A stretch of DNA of 61,654 bases. Source: Patescibacteria group bacterium (lineage in GTDB: Bacteria; Patescibacteriota; Minisyncoccia; Phycocordibacterales; SBAW01). How positions within the stretch are numbered: position 1 is the stretch's first letter; each line of letters begins with the position of its first letter. The notes under the pieces were generated by a model, which had not been told where the DNA came from, made no database searches, and saw nothing but the letters and a program-made list of their open reading frames with translations. Made by a program: the position numbers and the translations under genes. The stretch lies in assembly GCA_019752125.1 (NCBI GenBank), contig JAIEMM010000007.1, positions 1 through 61,654 on the forward strand. Reading direction: 5' to 3'. Shown piece by piece: positions 27,034 to 36,870 of the stretch.

Positions 27034-27147
27034 ATGAAAATAAAAGCATCACTTAAAGTACGTTGTGCGAACTGCAAGATGCTCCGCCGAAAAGGGCGGG
27101 TGTATGTTATCTGCAGCAACCCACGTCATAAGCAGAAACAAGGATAA
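27034..27147 (+). CDS. rpmJ: 50S ribosomal protein L36
   Basis: Manual translation [37 protein letters not shown] (below ORF-track cutoff). Confidence 0.98.
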   Translation: MKIKASLKVRCANCKMLRRKGRVYVICSNPRHKQKQG

Positions 27148-27151
27148 TCAT

Positions 27152-27529
27152 ATGCGTATCGCAGGTATTACACTTCCAAATAAACACACGAGCTATGCGC
27201 TCACCGCACTCTACGGTATTGGTCTTTCTCGTGCACAGAAAATTTGTAAGGACGCAAAGGTAGATCCTGTAAAAAAAGCTGATGAGCTTACTGCTGATGA
27301 AGAGGGTCGCATCCGCGCTATCGTTGAAACGCTTAAACTTGAAGGAGATCTCAAACGCGAGGTCGCCGGCAACATCAAGCGTTTGAAAGATATAGGTGCG
27401 TACCGAGGACTCCGTCACTCAAAACGCATGCCAGTTCGTGGTCAGCGCACAAAGACAAATTCCCGCACAGTTCGTGGCAACGTTCGCAAGACCATGGGCT
27501 CGGGTCGCCGTAAGGTTGAAAAGACCTAA
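27152..27529 (+). CDS. rpsM: 30S ribosomal protein S13
   Basis: MRIAGITLP, ALTALYGIG, YRGLRH...PVRGQRTKTN. Confidence 0.98.
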   Translation: MRIAGITLPNKHTSYALTALYGIGLSRAQKICKDAKVDPVKKADELTADEEGRIRAIVETLKLEGDLKREVAGNIKRLKDIGAYRGLRHSKRMPVRGQRTKTNSRTVRGNVRKTMGSGRRKVEKT

Positions 27530-27565
27530 AATTTATTGTATAAGTAGACTTTATTCGAATTCCAA

Positions 27566-27994
27566 ATGGGTAAGAAACGAATCGTCAAAAAAGGAGGTAG
27601 TGATGACAGCGGTAGCCGCGGTTCTTCATCGCGCGCATCACGTCGCAAGATGGATTCAGGCCTGTTGTATGTTGAAGCTACCTACAACAACACCAAAGTC
27701 TCCATTACAGATGAGAAGGGTAACGTTGTTGCCTGGTCTTCGTCTGGCTCGCTAGGTTTTGCAGGTGCGAAGAAGGGTACTCCTTTTGCAGCAGCAAAGG
27801 TTGGTGAACTTTTGGCGGACAAGGGTGCGTTGATGGGTCTTAAGAGCGTTTCGGTAGTTGTGTCTGGCGTTGGAGCTGGCCGTGAATCTGCGATCCGTTC
27901 GTTCGCAAGCAAGGGTATAGCTATTAACAGCATCAAGGATACGACACCGGTTCCGCACAACGGACCACGTGCCCCTAAGCCTCGTCGCGTATAA
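27566..27994 (+). CDS. rpsK: 30S ribosomal protein S11
   Basis: ATYNNT, KKGTPFAA, GAGRESAIR, DTTPVPHNG. Confidence 0.98.
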   Translation: MGKKRIVKKGGSDDSGSRGSSSRASRRKMDSGLLYVEATYNNTKVSITDEKGNVVAWSSSGSLGFAGAKKGTPFAAAKVGELLADKGALMGLKSVSVVVSGVGAGRESAIRSFASKGIAINSIKDTTPVPHNGPRAPKPRRV

Positions 27995-28003
27995 ACAATA
28001 TTT

Positions 28004-28615
28004 ATGTTAGTTGGACCAAAATACAAAATCTGCAAACGTCTGGGGGCTAGCGTTTTCGAAAAATGCCAGACCCAAAAGTTCCAGCTCGCGGAAGCGCGCG
28101 CTCCTCGTCGTACCCGCACCAAGCGTGGTGGAGGTGGAGACTTCGGAACTCAATTGCTTGAAAAGCAAAAGGCTCGCTTTACGTATGGTCTAACTGAAAG
28201 CCAATTCTCACGCTACGTGCATGAAGCTATGGAGAAGAAGGGTACAGAAACCATCTCAACTCTTATGGTTCGCCTTGAGTCTCGCCTCGACAACGTTATC
28301 TTCCGTTCAGGCATTGTTAAGACTCGCCGTGCCGCACGCCAGCTCGTATCTCACGGACACGTTACTGTTAACGGTCGCCGCCTCACCATTCCTTCGCACG
28401 CAGTACAGGTGAATGACGTTGTCGGTGTTCGCCCAGAAAGCCGTGGAAGCGCTTTGTTTGCAAACCGCGCAGAGCAGATGGTTGAACAGAAAACTCCGCA
28501 CTGGATGAAGATGGAGCAAGACGGTCTTACCTTCAAAGTAGTTGCAGCACCAAATGTCGCAGATACCGAAGCACCATTCAGCCCTGCCGTTATCATCCAA
28601 TTTTATAGCCGTTAA
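28004..28615 (+). CDS. rpsD: 30S ribosomal protein S4
   Basis: GPKYKICKRLG, QLLEKQK, LESRLDNV, ARQLVSHGH. Confidence 0.98.
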   Translation: MLVGPKYKICKRLGASVFEKCQTQKFQLAEARAPRRTRTKRGGGGDFGTQLLEKQKARFTYGLTESQFSRYVHEAMEKKGTETISTLMVRLESRLDNVIFRSGIVKTRRAARQLVSHGHVTVNGRRLTIPSHAVQVNDVVGVRPESRGSALFANRAEQMVEQKTPHWMKMEQDGLTFKVVAAPNVADTEAPFSPAVIIQFYSR

Positions 28616-28654
28616 GTGCGTTAATAATATTTAATTATCTAAGTAATTTTGCGT

Positions 28655-29620
28655 ATGATGGAATATTCAATCACATTGCCGAGTAAGCCTCGTATTATCT
28701 CGGAAGAGGAGCATTCTGGCGTCTACGAAATAGACGGTCTTTATCCTGGCTATGGCCACACCCTTGGCAACAGCCTCCGCCGCATCGTTCTTTCATCACT
28801 TCCAGGTGCTGCTATCACTTCAGTTAAAATCGAAGGCGTAGAGCACGAATTCTCCACAATGAACGGCGTACGCGAAGACGTTGTTACCATCCTTTTGAAC
28901 CTCCAGAAGCTCCGCTTCGAAATGCTCACCGGGGAGCCTCAGACTGTTACCATCTCTGCAAAGGGGCCAAAGAAAATTACTGCTGCAGACATGACTGTTC
29001 CTGGCCAGGTCCGTTTGCTCAATCCTAACGCCTACGTGTGCGAACTTACAGACAAGAATACCTCTTTTGAAGCAGAGTTCCGCATTGAACGCGGTCTTGG
29101 ATATGTTCCACGCGAAGCTCTTAAGAAGGATCGTGTTGAGATCGGTGAAATCTCAGTCAACGCAATCTTCTCTCCAATCCGCCGCGTAAACTACGAAGTA
29201 GAGAACATGCGCGTTGGCGACAGAACCGACTTTAACCGCCTCCGCATCGCAATTGAAACTGACGGCACCCTTACTCCACGCGCAGCTCTCGAGCAAGCAA
29301 TTGAAGTAATGATTACGCAGCTTAAGGCAATAGTAGGCTTCCGTGAGGAAGAATTGCCTTCAGCCGTATCACCAGTTCAGGCGCCGGTAGCAAATGGGGC
29401 AGTAGGAAGCGAGGCAAATGCAGAAGCGCTTAAAACACGCATCGAGGATCTCGACTTTTCGCCACGCACCATCGCAGCGCTTGAAAAGGCAAACATCCGC
29501 ACCGTTGGAGGTTTGGCACGCAAGAAAGAAGCTGATCTTTTGGAGATCGATGGTCTTGGACCAAAATCAATCCAGGAGATTAAACGCGCACTTGCAAACT
29601 TCGGTATTATCCTCAAGTAG
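28655..29620 (+). CDS. rpoA: DNA-directed RNA polymerase subunit alpha
   Basis: GYGHTLGNSLRRIVLSSLPGAAIT, FSPIRRVNY, alpha-CTD IEDLDFSPRT; exact start 28649 or 28655 uncertain. Confidence 0.98.
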   Translation: MMEYSITLPSKPRIISEEEHSGVYEIDGLYPGYGHTLGNSLRRIVLSSLPGAAITSVKIEGVEHEFSTMNGVREDVVTILLNLQKLRFEMLTGEPQTVTISAKGPKKITAADMTVPGQVRLLNPNAYVCELTDKNTSFEAEFRIERGLGYVPREALKKDRVEIGEISVNAIFSPIRRVNYEVENMRVGDRTDFNRLRIAIETDGTLTPRAALEQAIEVMITQLKAIVGFREEELPSAVSPVQAPVANGAVGSEANAEALKTRIEDLDFSPRTIAALEKANIRTVGGLARKKEADLLEIDGLGPKSIQEIKRALANFGIILK

Positions 29621-29640
29621 TTTATTTACGACCAAGCTTT

Positions 29641-29988
29641 ATGAGACACGGAAACAATGTAAGAAAATTCGGACGAGTGACCAATCAACGCAATGCGTTG
29701 CTCAAGGGTCTTGCTCGCAGCTTGGTCATCAAAGGGAAGATCAAAACCACAGAAGCTCGCGCAAAAGAAATTCGCCCGTTGGTAGAAAAACTTATTACCA
29801 AAGGTAAAAATGTAACACTTGCGAACCGCCGCATTCTTATCGCAGATTTGGGCAGCGTAGCAACAATGAATAAATTGATCCGCACCGCAGCTACCTATGA
29901 AGACCGCAAAGGTGGATACATCCGCATTACTAAAATGGGTCCTCGTAAGGGCGACGGCGCTGCAATGGCCGTAATTGAGTTTGTATAA
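29641..29988 (+). CDS. rplQ: 50S ribosomal protein L17
   Basis: MRHG, IKTTEARAKEIR, GGYIRI, RKGDGA. Confidence 0.98.
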   Translation: MRHGNNVRKFGRVTNQRNALLKGLARSLVIKGKIKTTEARAKEIRPLVEKLITKGKNVTLANRRILIADLGSVATMNKLIRTAATYEDRKGGYIRITKMGPRKGDGAAMAVIEFV

Positions 29989-29992
29989 TTTT

Positions 29993-30334
29993 ATGATTAC
30001 TATCGACGCACAAGACAAGACTCTCGGACGTGTAGCTTCTGCTGCAGCTAAGGCATTGCTCGGCAAGCACACAGCTTCGTTTGCTAAAAACATTGTCGAC
30101 CAGGCAGGCGTAACTATCGTAAATGCATCGAAAATAAAGATTTCGGGCAATAAGACAAAAGCAAAGACCTACGTCCGCTACTCTGGCTACCCAGGCGGTC
30201 AGAAAAAGGAAACGTACGAAATGCTTACAACACGCCGTGGTAAGGAAGAGGCAATTCGCCGCGCAGTTCTCGGCATGCTTCCAAAAAACCGCCTTCAGAC
30301 ACCTCGCATCAAGATGCTAAAAATCGAACAATAA
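29993..30334 (+). CDS. rplM: 50S ribosomal protein L13 (short, 113 aa)
   Basis: IDAQDKTLGRVAS, VTIVNASKI, YSGYPGG, AVLGMLPKN. Confidence 0.96.
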   Translation: MITIDAQDKTLGRVASAAAKALLGKHTASFAKNIVDQAGVTIVNASKIKISGNKTKAKTYVRYSGYPGGQKKETYEMLTTRRGKEEAIRRAVLGMLPKNRLQTPRIKMLKIEQ

Positions 30335-30335
30335 T

Positions 30336-30746
30336 ATGGCAACTACTCAGACTAAAGATACATACATTGAAACAGTCGGTCGCCGCAAGACCGCCATTGC
30401 GCGCGCACGCATCACTCCGTCGACAAAGACTTCTGTCACAATCAACGGTAAGGATATAAACGACTACTTCCCAACACAGGCACTTCGTGCAACAGCAATG
30501 GATGCCTTTTTGAAAGTCGCACTTGCTACACAGTTCACAACAACAGTTGTTGCATCTGGCGGCGGTATCGCAGGACAGGCTACTGCAGTTCGCCATGCTA
30601 TCGCTCGCGCACTTATCGAATATGATATAAATCTCCGCGGCGTCCTTAAGAAAGAAGGATTCCTCAAACGCGACCCACGCGCAAAGGAACGCAAGAAACC
30701 AGGTCTCGTCAAAGCTCGCAAGCGCAAGCAGTGGAGCAAACGCTAA
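30336..30746 (+). CDS. rpsI: 30S ribosomal protein S9
   Basis: GRRKTAIAR, GGGIAGQA, RDPRAKERKKPG...QWSKR. Confidence 0.98.
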   Translation: MATTQTKDTYIETVGRRKTAIARARITPSTKTSVTINGKDINDYFPTQALRATAMDAFLKVALATQFTTTVVASGGGIAGQATAVRHAIARALIEYDINLRGVLKKEGFLKRDPRAKERKKPGLVKARKRKQWSKR

Positions 30747-30763
30747 AGATATCAAAACAAATC

Positions 30764-30785
30764 ATCCCCGAGAGGGGATTTTTTG
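30764..30785 (+). terminator. Intrinsic terminator of ribosomal operon
   Basis: ATCCCC-GAGA-GGGGAT plus T-run. Confidence 0.75.
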
Positions 30786-30884
30786 TTGCTGTTTCTTTAC
30801 TGAGACTGTGTTAGGCTTTCGGCAGACGGGTATGAGGGAATCCTTCCCTTACCTTTGTCTGGCTTAACCGTGAAAGGAAAAGCC

Positions 30885-31241
30885 ATGAAACTTCCCGAAA
30901 ACACCAATGCGTACCTGTGGGGCGCCGCTGTCGGTGCCATTGCACTCGCTGTCGTCGGCTTCAGCTGGGGCGGCTGGGTCACCGGCGGCACATCGGCGAA
31001 GAACGCGGCGGCTGCGGCCAATGATGCAAAGGTCGCCGTTCTCGCGCCGATCTGTGCCGCTCGTTTCCGGGGCCAGGACAACTCTGCGGGCAAGATCGCC
31101 GAGCTCGCCAAGGCCAGCTCCTGGGACCGCGGTAACATCATCGAAAAGAGCGGCTTCGCCTTGATGCCGGGCAGCAAGACGAGCGACTCAGATGTCTCGC
31201 GTGCCTGCGCCGAGCTGTTGGTCAATCTGCCCAAGAGCTGA
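30885..31241 (+). CDS. GC-rich hypothetical membrane-anchored protein of proteobacterial appearance; accessory cassette
   Basis: SD GAAAGGAAA; WGAAVGAIALAVVGFSWGGWVTGG...LAPICAARF motif; structured leader; terminator. Confidence 0.8.
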   Translation: MKLPENTNAYLWGAAVGAIALAVVGFSWGGWVTGGTSAKNAAAAANDAKVAVLAPICAARFRGQDNSAGKIAELAKASSWDRGNIIEKSGFALMPGSKTSDSDVSRACAELLVNLPKS

Positions 31242-31263
31242 TCTGCTCAACGATTTCAAAACC

Positions 31264-31298
31264 CCCTGCGGCAAAAAAACCGCAGGGATTTTTCTTTT
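31264..31298 (+). terminator. Intrinsic terminator
   Basis: CCCTGCGG-loop-CCGCAGGG plus T-rich tail. Confidence 0.8.
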
Positions 31299-31349
31299 CC
31301 ATGGTGTTTTCTGTTACACTGTGAATCTATTTAATAACTCTTTACATCT

Positions 31350-31859
31350 ATGAACCCAGATTCAGTATACGAATTTACACTTCCTGTTTTTATTAAAATG
31401 CTTGGTGGCCTTAAGGGCGTACTTAAAAAAGCGGGGGAGCATGGCTTGGATGAAGCTACACTTTTGAACGATCGTTTGGCGCCGGACATGTTCCCACTCG
31501 TAAAGCAGGTACAGGTTGCCACAGATAATGCAAAAGGCGTTGCGGCACGCCTCTCTGGCAGCGAAGTTCCTAGTTATCCAGACACTGAAACAACATTGGC
31601 AGAACTTGATGCTCGCATTGATAAGACAATTGCGTATCTACAAAGCATCACAAAAGAATCCTTTGCAAACGCAGAGCAGGTACAGGTAACGTTCCCGTAT
31701 TTTCCAGGCAAATTTATGGCTGGGTTTGAGTATGCCCGCGAATATGCAATCCCGAACTTCTTTTTCCACGTCGCAACTGCGTACGCCATCATTCGCAAAA
31801 ACGGTGTGGCTATTGGGAAGGCAGATTACATGAACGGTTTGCCCCTCCAGGATTTATAA
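31350..31859 (+). CDS. DUF1993 family protein (DinB-like fold)
   Basis: RLAPDMFPLVKQVQVATD, PNFFFHVATAYAIIRKNGVAIGKADY. Confidence 0.9.
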   Translation: MNPDSVYEFTLPVFIKMLGGLKGVLKKAGEHGLDEATLLNDRLAPDMFPLVKQVQVATDNAKGVAARLSGSEVPSYPDTETTLAELDARIDKTIAYLQSITKESFANAEQVQVTFPYFPGKFMAGFEYAREYAIPNFFFHVATAYAIIRKNGVAIGKADYMNGLPLQDL

Positions 31860-32056
31860 AAAAGAGACTCCGCTTTGTGGGCGGAGTCATGTTCTGGTTG
31901 TTAAAGCTACAGCAAGTTTCTATCACTCTCCTCATCGTCACCTCAGGGTGTCCGTCTGGTCCCGGTGAGGACGCTACAGGACACAACACTTCCGGCCGTT
32001 ATTGGGAATCTATGTAATAGAAGACTGGAACGCTGAATTCTTTAAGAACCTGAACA
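31860..32056 (-). ncRNA. Candidate rod-shaped ncRNA of about 195 nt (6S-like)
   Basis: TTGACA-17-TACCGT promoter (32090-32062), four nested long-range stems, terminator 31866-31888; no convincing ORF. Confidence 0.45.
31866..31888. terminator. Intrinsic terminator (U-tract on - strand)
   Basis: GACTCCGC-TTTGTGG-GCGGAGTC. Confidence 0.8.
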
Positions 32057-32129
32057 AAAATACGGTACAGTAGGGCAATGTATATGTCAATAAAGTTGAC
32101 TCCTAGCTTTTTTTGTGTAAAATGGTGCA

Positions 32130-32609
32130 ATGTTGAGCGACTCTGATGAAGAATTTATACAAGAAGACGAAGACCAGAGCCCAGCCGCCATCAAAAAACT
32201 CCGAGAAAAACTAGCGACGGCAATAAAGGAGAAACAAGAATACTTGGATGGCTGGCAGCGGGCCCGAGCGGACTTCGCAAACTTCAAAAAAGAGGAGGCT
32301 CTGATGCTTGCGCAGAAAGAAGACCGCATCAAAGCAGAATTTGTAGAAGCGCTTCTTCCGACCCTCGACTCTTTTGAGATGGCGCTCAAGCATAGCCCTT
32401 CAGATGAGCTCAAGTTAGTAGAAAAACAATTACTCGGTTCATTGCAGAAGATGGGAGTAGAGCGGTTCGGGGCACAAGGAGAACCATACGACCATTACAA
32501 ACACGAAGCATTGGCCCAACAAGGAGATGGCGAAACAGTGAAGTCAGTTGAACGTAGCGGATATAAAACAGGAGAAATAATTATTAGACCAGCACAAGTG
32601 ATTATCTAG
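32130..32609 (+). CDS. grpE: Nucleotide exchange factor GrpE
   Basis: [45 protein letters not shown]; TTGACT-16-TAAAAT ending 6 nt before ATG. Confidence 0.95.
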   Translation: MLSDSDEEFIQEDEDQSPAAIKKLREKLATAIKEKQEYLDGWQRARADFANFKKEEALMLAQKEDRIKAEFVEALLPTLDSFEMALKHSPSDELKLVEKQLLGSLQKMGVERFGAQGEPYDHYKHEALAQQGDGETVKSVERSGYKTGEIIIRPAQVII

Positions 32610-32641
32610 ATAATCACTTAAATAAAAAGAATAATCTAAAT

Positions 32642-34543
32642 ATGGCAAAAATACTTGGAATCGACTTGGGTACAACAAACTCTGCAATGGCAATTATGCG
32701 CGGAGGGGAGCCTCAGATTATTGAAAACGCAGAAGGCGCACGCACTACCCCCTCTGTTGTTGCCGCCTCTAAGACAGGGGAGCGCTTGGTTGGTCTTATT
32801 GCACGCCGCCAAGCGGTAACTAATCCTAAGAACACGGTCTACCAGATCAAACGCTTTATCGGCCACAACTTTGAAGAAGAATTTGTCCAGAAAGACAAAT
32901 CGGCTGTTCCATTTGAAATGCGTAAGACTGCCAACGGAGGCATTGAAGTAGAGATGGGCGGTCAATGGTCTCGCCCGGAAGAAATTTCTGCGATGATCTT
33001 GGGTAAGCTTAAAGCTGATGCGGAAAAACGCCTTGGCGAAACTATTACAGAAGCAGTTATCACTGTTCCTGCGTACTTTAACGACGCACAGCGCGCAGCA
33101 ACTCGCGACGCAGGTAAAATTGCCGGCCTCGATGTTAAGCGCATCATTAACGAGCCAACAGCCGCAGCGCTTGCATACGGATTCAACAAAAAGAAAGATG
33201 AGAAAGTTGTAGTCTTCGACTTCGGCGGCGGCACCTTCGATATTTCTGTGCTTGAAGTCGTTATGGCAGAAGGCAATGAAGGCTCTATTGAAGTACGTTC
33301 AACCGACGGCGACGCACACTTGGGCGGTAAGGATATCGACCAGAAAATTATCGACTGGATTGCAACAGAGTTCCAAAAGGAAAGCGGTATTGATGTCCGC
33401 AACGACCCACTCGCGCGCCAGCGCCTCGACGAAGCAGCTGAGAAGGCAAAAATTGAACTTTCGACTGCTATTGAAACTGAAATAAACATTCCGTTTATTA
33501 CCTCCGACTCTTCTGGCCCTCGTCATCTTTTGCTTAAGATGACTCGCGCAAAGCTTGAAGAGCTTTCTCAGGAATTCATTGACCGCGCACTTATGATCAC
33601 AAAGCGCGCAATGGAGGCATCGCCGTTTAAGGTAGCTGACATTAACGAAGTCATTCTCGTTGGTGGCCAGACCCGCATGCCAGCACTCCAAGCTGCCGTT
33701 GAAAAGTATTTCGGCAAGAAGCCAAACATGTCTGTAAACCCAGACGAAGTAGTCGCTATCGGCGCCGCAATCCAGGGAGGTATCCTCGGTGGAGATGTAC
33801 GCGACGTGCTTCTTCTCGATGTTATTCCACTCTCACTTGGTATTGAAACCATGGGCGGCGTTGCAACGAAGATCATTGAACGCAACACAACAATCCCTAC
33901 CAGCCGCTCACAGGTATTTTCAACTGCGGCGGACAACCAGACATCAGTAGAAATTCACATCTCACAAGGGGAGCGCGCAATGGCAGCAGACAACAAGTCT
34001 CTTGGACGCTTTGTTCTTGATGGAATTCCACCAGCACCGCGCGGCATGCCACAGGTTGAAGTTACCTTCGATGTAGACGCAAACGGCATTCTCTCTGTAA
34101 AAGCAAAAGATAAAGCAACCAATAAAGAGCAGTCTATCCGCATCGAAGCATCATCTGGCCTTTCAGATGCTGATATTGAAAAGATGCGTAAAGATGCGGA
34201 GGCAAATGCAGATTCTGATAAGCAGAAAGCAGAACTTGTAGAGGCTAAAAATATGGCAGAACAATCTGTCTACTCTGCAAAGAAAGCACTCGATGACAAC
34301 AAAGACAAACTTCCCGCAGAACTCGCCACTTCAATAAATGAAAAAATTGCTACAGTTGAAGCAAAGAAGGGTGGAGAAAATGCCGCTGAGATAAAAACAG
34401 CAGTCGAAGAACTCTCGAAAGAATTATCGAAAGTATACGAGGCGGTTCAAAAGACTTCAGGCAATAATCCGCCAGCAGGGGAACAAACTCCACCGCAGGA
34501 AAATCCTGAAACACCTCCAACAAGCAACACTGACCAAGCATAG
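32642..34543 (+). CDS. dnaK: Chaperone DnaK
   Basis: [40 protein letters not shown]. Confidence 0.99.
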   Translation: MAKILGIDLGTTNSAMAIMRGGEPQIIENAEGARTTPSVVAASKTGERLVGLIARRQAVTNPKNTVYQIKRFIGHNFEEEFVQKDKSAVPFEMRKTANGGIEVEMGGQWSRPEEISAMILGKLKADAEKRLGETITEAVITVPAYFNDAQRAATRDAGKIAGLDVKRIINEPTAAALAYGFNKKKDEKVVVFDFGGGTFDISVLEVVMAEGNEGSIEVRSTDGDAHLGGKDIDQKIIDWIATEFQKESGIDVRNDPLARQRLDEAAEKAKIELSTAIETEINIPFITSDSSGPRHLLLKMTRAKLEELSQEFIDRALMITKRAMEASPFKVADINEVILVGGQTRMPALQAAVEKYFGKKPNMSVNPDEVVAIGAAIQGGILGGDVRDVLLLDVIPLSLGIETMGGVATKIIERNTTIPTSRSQVFSTAADNQTSVEIHISQGERAMAADNKSLGRFVLDGIPPAPRGMPQVEVTFDVDANGILSVKAKDKATNKEQSIRIEASSGLSDADIEKMRKDAEANADSDKQKAELVEAKNMAEQSVYSAKKALDDNKDKLPAELATSINEKIATVEAKKGGENAAEIKTAVEELSKELSKVYEAVQKTSGNNPPAGEQTPPQENPETPPTSNTDQA

Positions 34544-34562
34544 TAGCTATTACTTCTTGAAT

Positions 34563-34599
34563 AAAAAGAAATCCCCCAACCAGTTGCCCGGTTGGGGGA
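34563..34599 (-). terminator. Intrinsic terminator
   Basis: TCCCCCAACC/GGTTGGGGGA 10-bp stem with T-rich tail on - strand. Confidence 0.8.
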
Positions 34600-34616
34600 A
34601 GGGGGAGGGCTGGGTA

Positions 34617-34904
34617 CTAGACCCATTCCAGAAAGTGAAGCCGCCGCATCTGCCGCTCCAAGAAGCGAAAAATGCGGTGGATGATGAAGACCGTGATTGC
34701 ACACGCGACAACTGGGCCGAAGGTCAGCACCAGCTTGTCGCACAGCGGGATAAGGAAACCCTTGTGTTCGACACAGAAGATTTCCCACTGCCAGAAGCCG
34801 TAGTAAAGTTCTACCCAAACCATAGCGATTGTGGATAGAATTTGCAGAAGTGCGCTGAGGCACTCGATTGTTGAGCGCGTAGCTGTTTTTAGCGAACGAA
34901 TCAT
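34617..34904 (-). CDS. Small hypothetical membrane protein (95 aa); accessory cassette
   Basis: TTGACA-17-CATTGT promoter (34962-34934), SD GAGGAAAGGG, hydrophobic segments, terminator. Confidence 0.6.
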   Translation of the reverse strand: MIRSLKTATRSTIECLSALLQILSTIAMVWVELYYGFWQWEIFCVEHKGFLIPLCDKLVLTFGPVVACAITVFIIHRIFRFLERQMRRLHFLEWV

Positions 34905-34983
34905 GTCAAAAACCCTTTCCTCTATCTGGGGATACAATGTCAGTAATTAGACAAACTGTCAAGTTGTGGTATTGTGAATATCC

Positions 34984-36813
34984 ATGAAAGATAAAGCTCG
35001 AAAACGAAGCCTGAATAAAGCTGTATTGAAAATATACTGGCAACATACGCGCAAATATCCAGTTGCGGTAGGCCTGACTATTTTTGGTGTGATATTGACC
35101 CAAGCATGTTTTCTTGCGGCGCCTTTGTACATGCGAAAGTTTTTCAACCTACTCGCCTCAAACGCACCGACTGATGCCGCTGCACATCAATTGTTTGCCA
35201 TGCTTGCGATCGTAGCAGGCATATATTTGTTAGAGGTTGCCGGTCGCCGTATTGAAATGTTCAGTAACATTTACATGCAGGTACGTGTGATGCCCGCACT
35301 TATGGAGACAGCGTTCCAGCATCTCATGCGTCACTCGTATAACTTCTTTATCTCAAACTTTGCAGGCTCTTTGACCAGCAGGGTCAATCGTTTTGGCCGA
35401 GCATTTGAAGGCATCTTCGACAACATCGTCATCAGTTTTATGCCAACAGCGTTCTTCGTCACTGGCAGCGTTGTTGTGCTTTTCCTACATAACAAAATTC
35501 TCGGCACAGCGCTCGGAGTGTGGGCTGTTACTTTCGTATTATTCCAACTATGGGTATCAAAACTACGCCAACCTATACGTTCAGCACGTGCTGCAGCAGA
35601 AACAAAAATAACTGCAGTGCTTGCGGATTCAATTTCAAATCAAAATACAATTTCACTGTTCTCTGGCACCACACATGAACAGGGAATTTTCCACGATGTG
35701 GTGCAAGCGTGGGCCAAAATTACTTCACGATACTGGACAATAGATAGCTTGATATGGATGTGTATCGGTTTATTTATAACGGTTATAGAAATTGGCCTCC
35801 TGGCTGGAGCGGTACATTTTTGGCGTCTTGGACTCATGACTGTGGGGGATTTCGTCCTTATTCAGGCATATCTCATTACCACCTTTGATCGCCTTGTCGC
35901 TATCAATCGTGAACTGCGTGCATTCTTCTCTAACTTTGCTGACGCTGCGGAAATGGTTGAAATATTGGAAACACCTCACGAAGTTGCTGATATTCCAGGG
36001 GCCAAAAAACTCAAAACAACTGAAGGAAAAATTGAATTTAAGGATGCGTATTTTTATTTTAAAGAAGATGTTCCGGTCCTCGACAATCTAAACCTCACGA
36101 TCGCATCGCACCAAAAAGTAGCCTTGGTTGGCCCTTCAGGCGCAGGCAAATCAACTATCACCAAACTCCTGCTTCGTTTCTTCGATATAAAAGAGGGGAG
36201 CATAGAGATAGATGGGCAAAATATTGCGGACGTAACCCAGGATAGCTTGCGCGAAGCAATTTCGTTTGTCCCACAAGAACCCGTGCTCTTCCACCGCACC
36301 CTTCGAGAAAATATCGCCTACGGTAAGCGTGATGCAACAGATGAAGAGGTGTATGAGGCGGCAAAGAAAGCACACTGCCATGAATTTATTTCAGGCCTTA
36401 AAGATGGGTACGACACATACGTAGGGGAGCGCGGCGTGAAGCTCTCTGGCGGTGAACGCCAACGTGTTGCTATCGCTCGTGCAATCTTGAAGAACTCGCC
36501 GATTCTTATTTTGGACGAAGCAACTTCAAGTCTGGATTCAGAATCAGAAGCATTGATCCAAGACGCTCTCCAAACTCTTATGAAAGGCAAGACAGTGATT
36601 GTTATTGCGCACCGCCTTTCAACCATCATGAACATGGACAGAATTGTCGTAGTAGAAAATGGCACAATTGCCGCCGAGGGAACCCACACAGAATTGCTTG
36701 AGAAAAAAGGTCTATATCAAAAACTTTGGAGTATCCAAGCTGGAGGCTTTATCCCCGACGATGGGACTGGAGTTGAAGAGGTCGAGGAAGAAGACGCTGA
36801 GGTGACCGAGTAA
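34984..36813 (+). CDS. ABC transporter, fused permease/ATP-binding (MsbA/ABCB-type exporter)
   Basis: TM domain; GPSGAGKST, LSGGERQR, ILDEATSSLD, IAHRLST. Confidence 0.95.
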   Translation: MKDKARKRSLNKAVLKIYWQHTRKYPVAVGLTIFGVILTQACFLAAPLYMRKFFNLLASNAPTDAAAHQLFAMLAIVAGIYLLEVAGRRIEMFSNIYMQVRVMPALMETAFQHLMRHSYNFFISNFAGSLTSRVNRFGRAFEGIFDNIVISFMPTAFFVTGSVVVLFLHNKILGTALGVWAVTFVLFQLWVSKLRQPIRSARAAAETKITAVLADSISNQNTISLFSGTTHEQGIFHDVVQAWAKITSRYWTIDSLIWMCIGLFITVIEIGLLAGAVHFWRLGLMTVGDFVLIQAYLITTFDRLVAINRELRAFFSNFADAAEMVEILETPHEVADIPGAKKLKTTEGKIEFKDAYFYFKEDVPVLDNLNLTIASHQKVALVGPSGAGKSTITKLLLRFFDIKEGSIEIDGQNIADVTQDSLREAISFVPQEPVLFHRTLRENIAYGKRDATDEEVYEAAKKAHCHEFISGLKDGYDTYVGERGVKLSGGERQRVAIARAILKNSPILILDEATSSLDSESEALIQDALQTLMKGKTVIVIAHRLSTIMNMDRIVVVENGTIAAEGTHTELLEKKGLYQKLWSIQAGGFIPDDGTGVEEVEEEDAEVTE

Positions 36814-36816
36814 CGA

Positions 36817-36870
36817 CGAAGGCAACGTCGGCTGCGGAGCCGAAGACCGACACAGAGACGTTGCCGCAGG
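36817..36870. repeat. Palindromic element (45-nt stem-loop plus flanks), copy 2, intergenic
   Basis: Same core as 3547-3600; closing stem GGCAACGTC/GACGTTGCC. Confidence 0.85.

Noticed and set aside
31918-31985. SAM-I riboswitch resemblance (TATCA...CTGGTCCCGGTGA) on the + strand
   Set aside because: Lacks the GCAAC and P4 elements, has no methionine-related gene downstream, and promoter, terminator and G-U pairing favour a - strand transcript
32041-32641. CIRCE/HrcA regulation of grpE-dnaK
   Set aside because: No TTAGCACTC-N9-GAGTGCTAA and no hrcA seen
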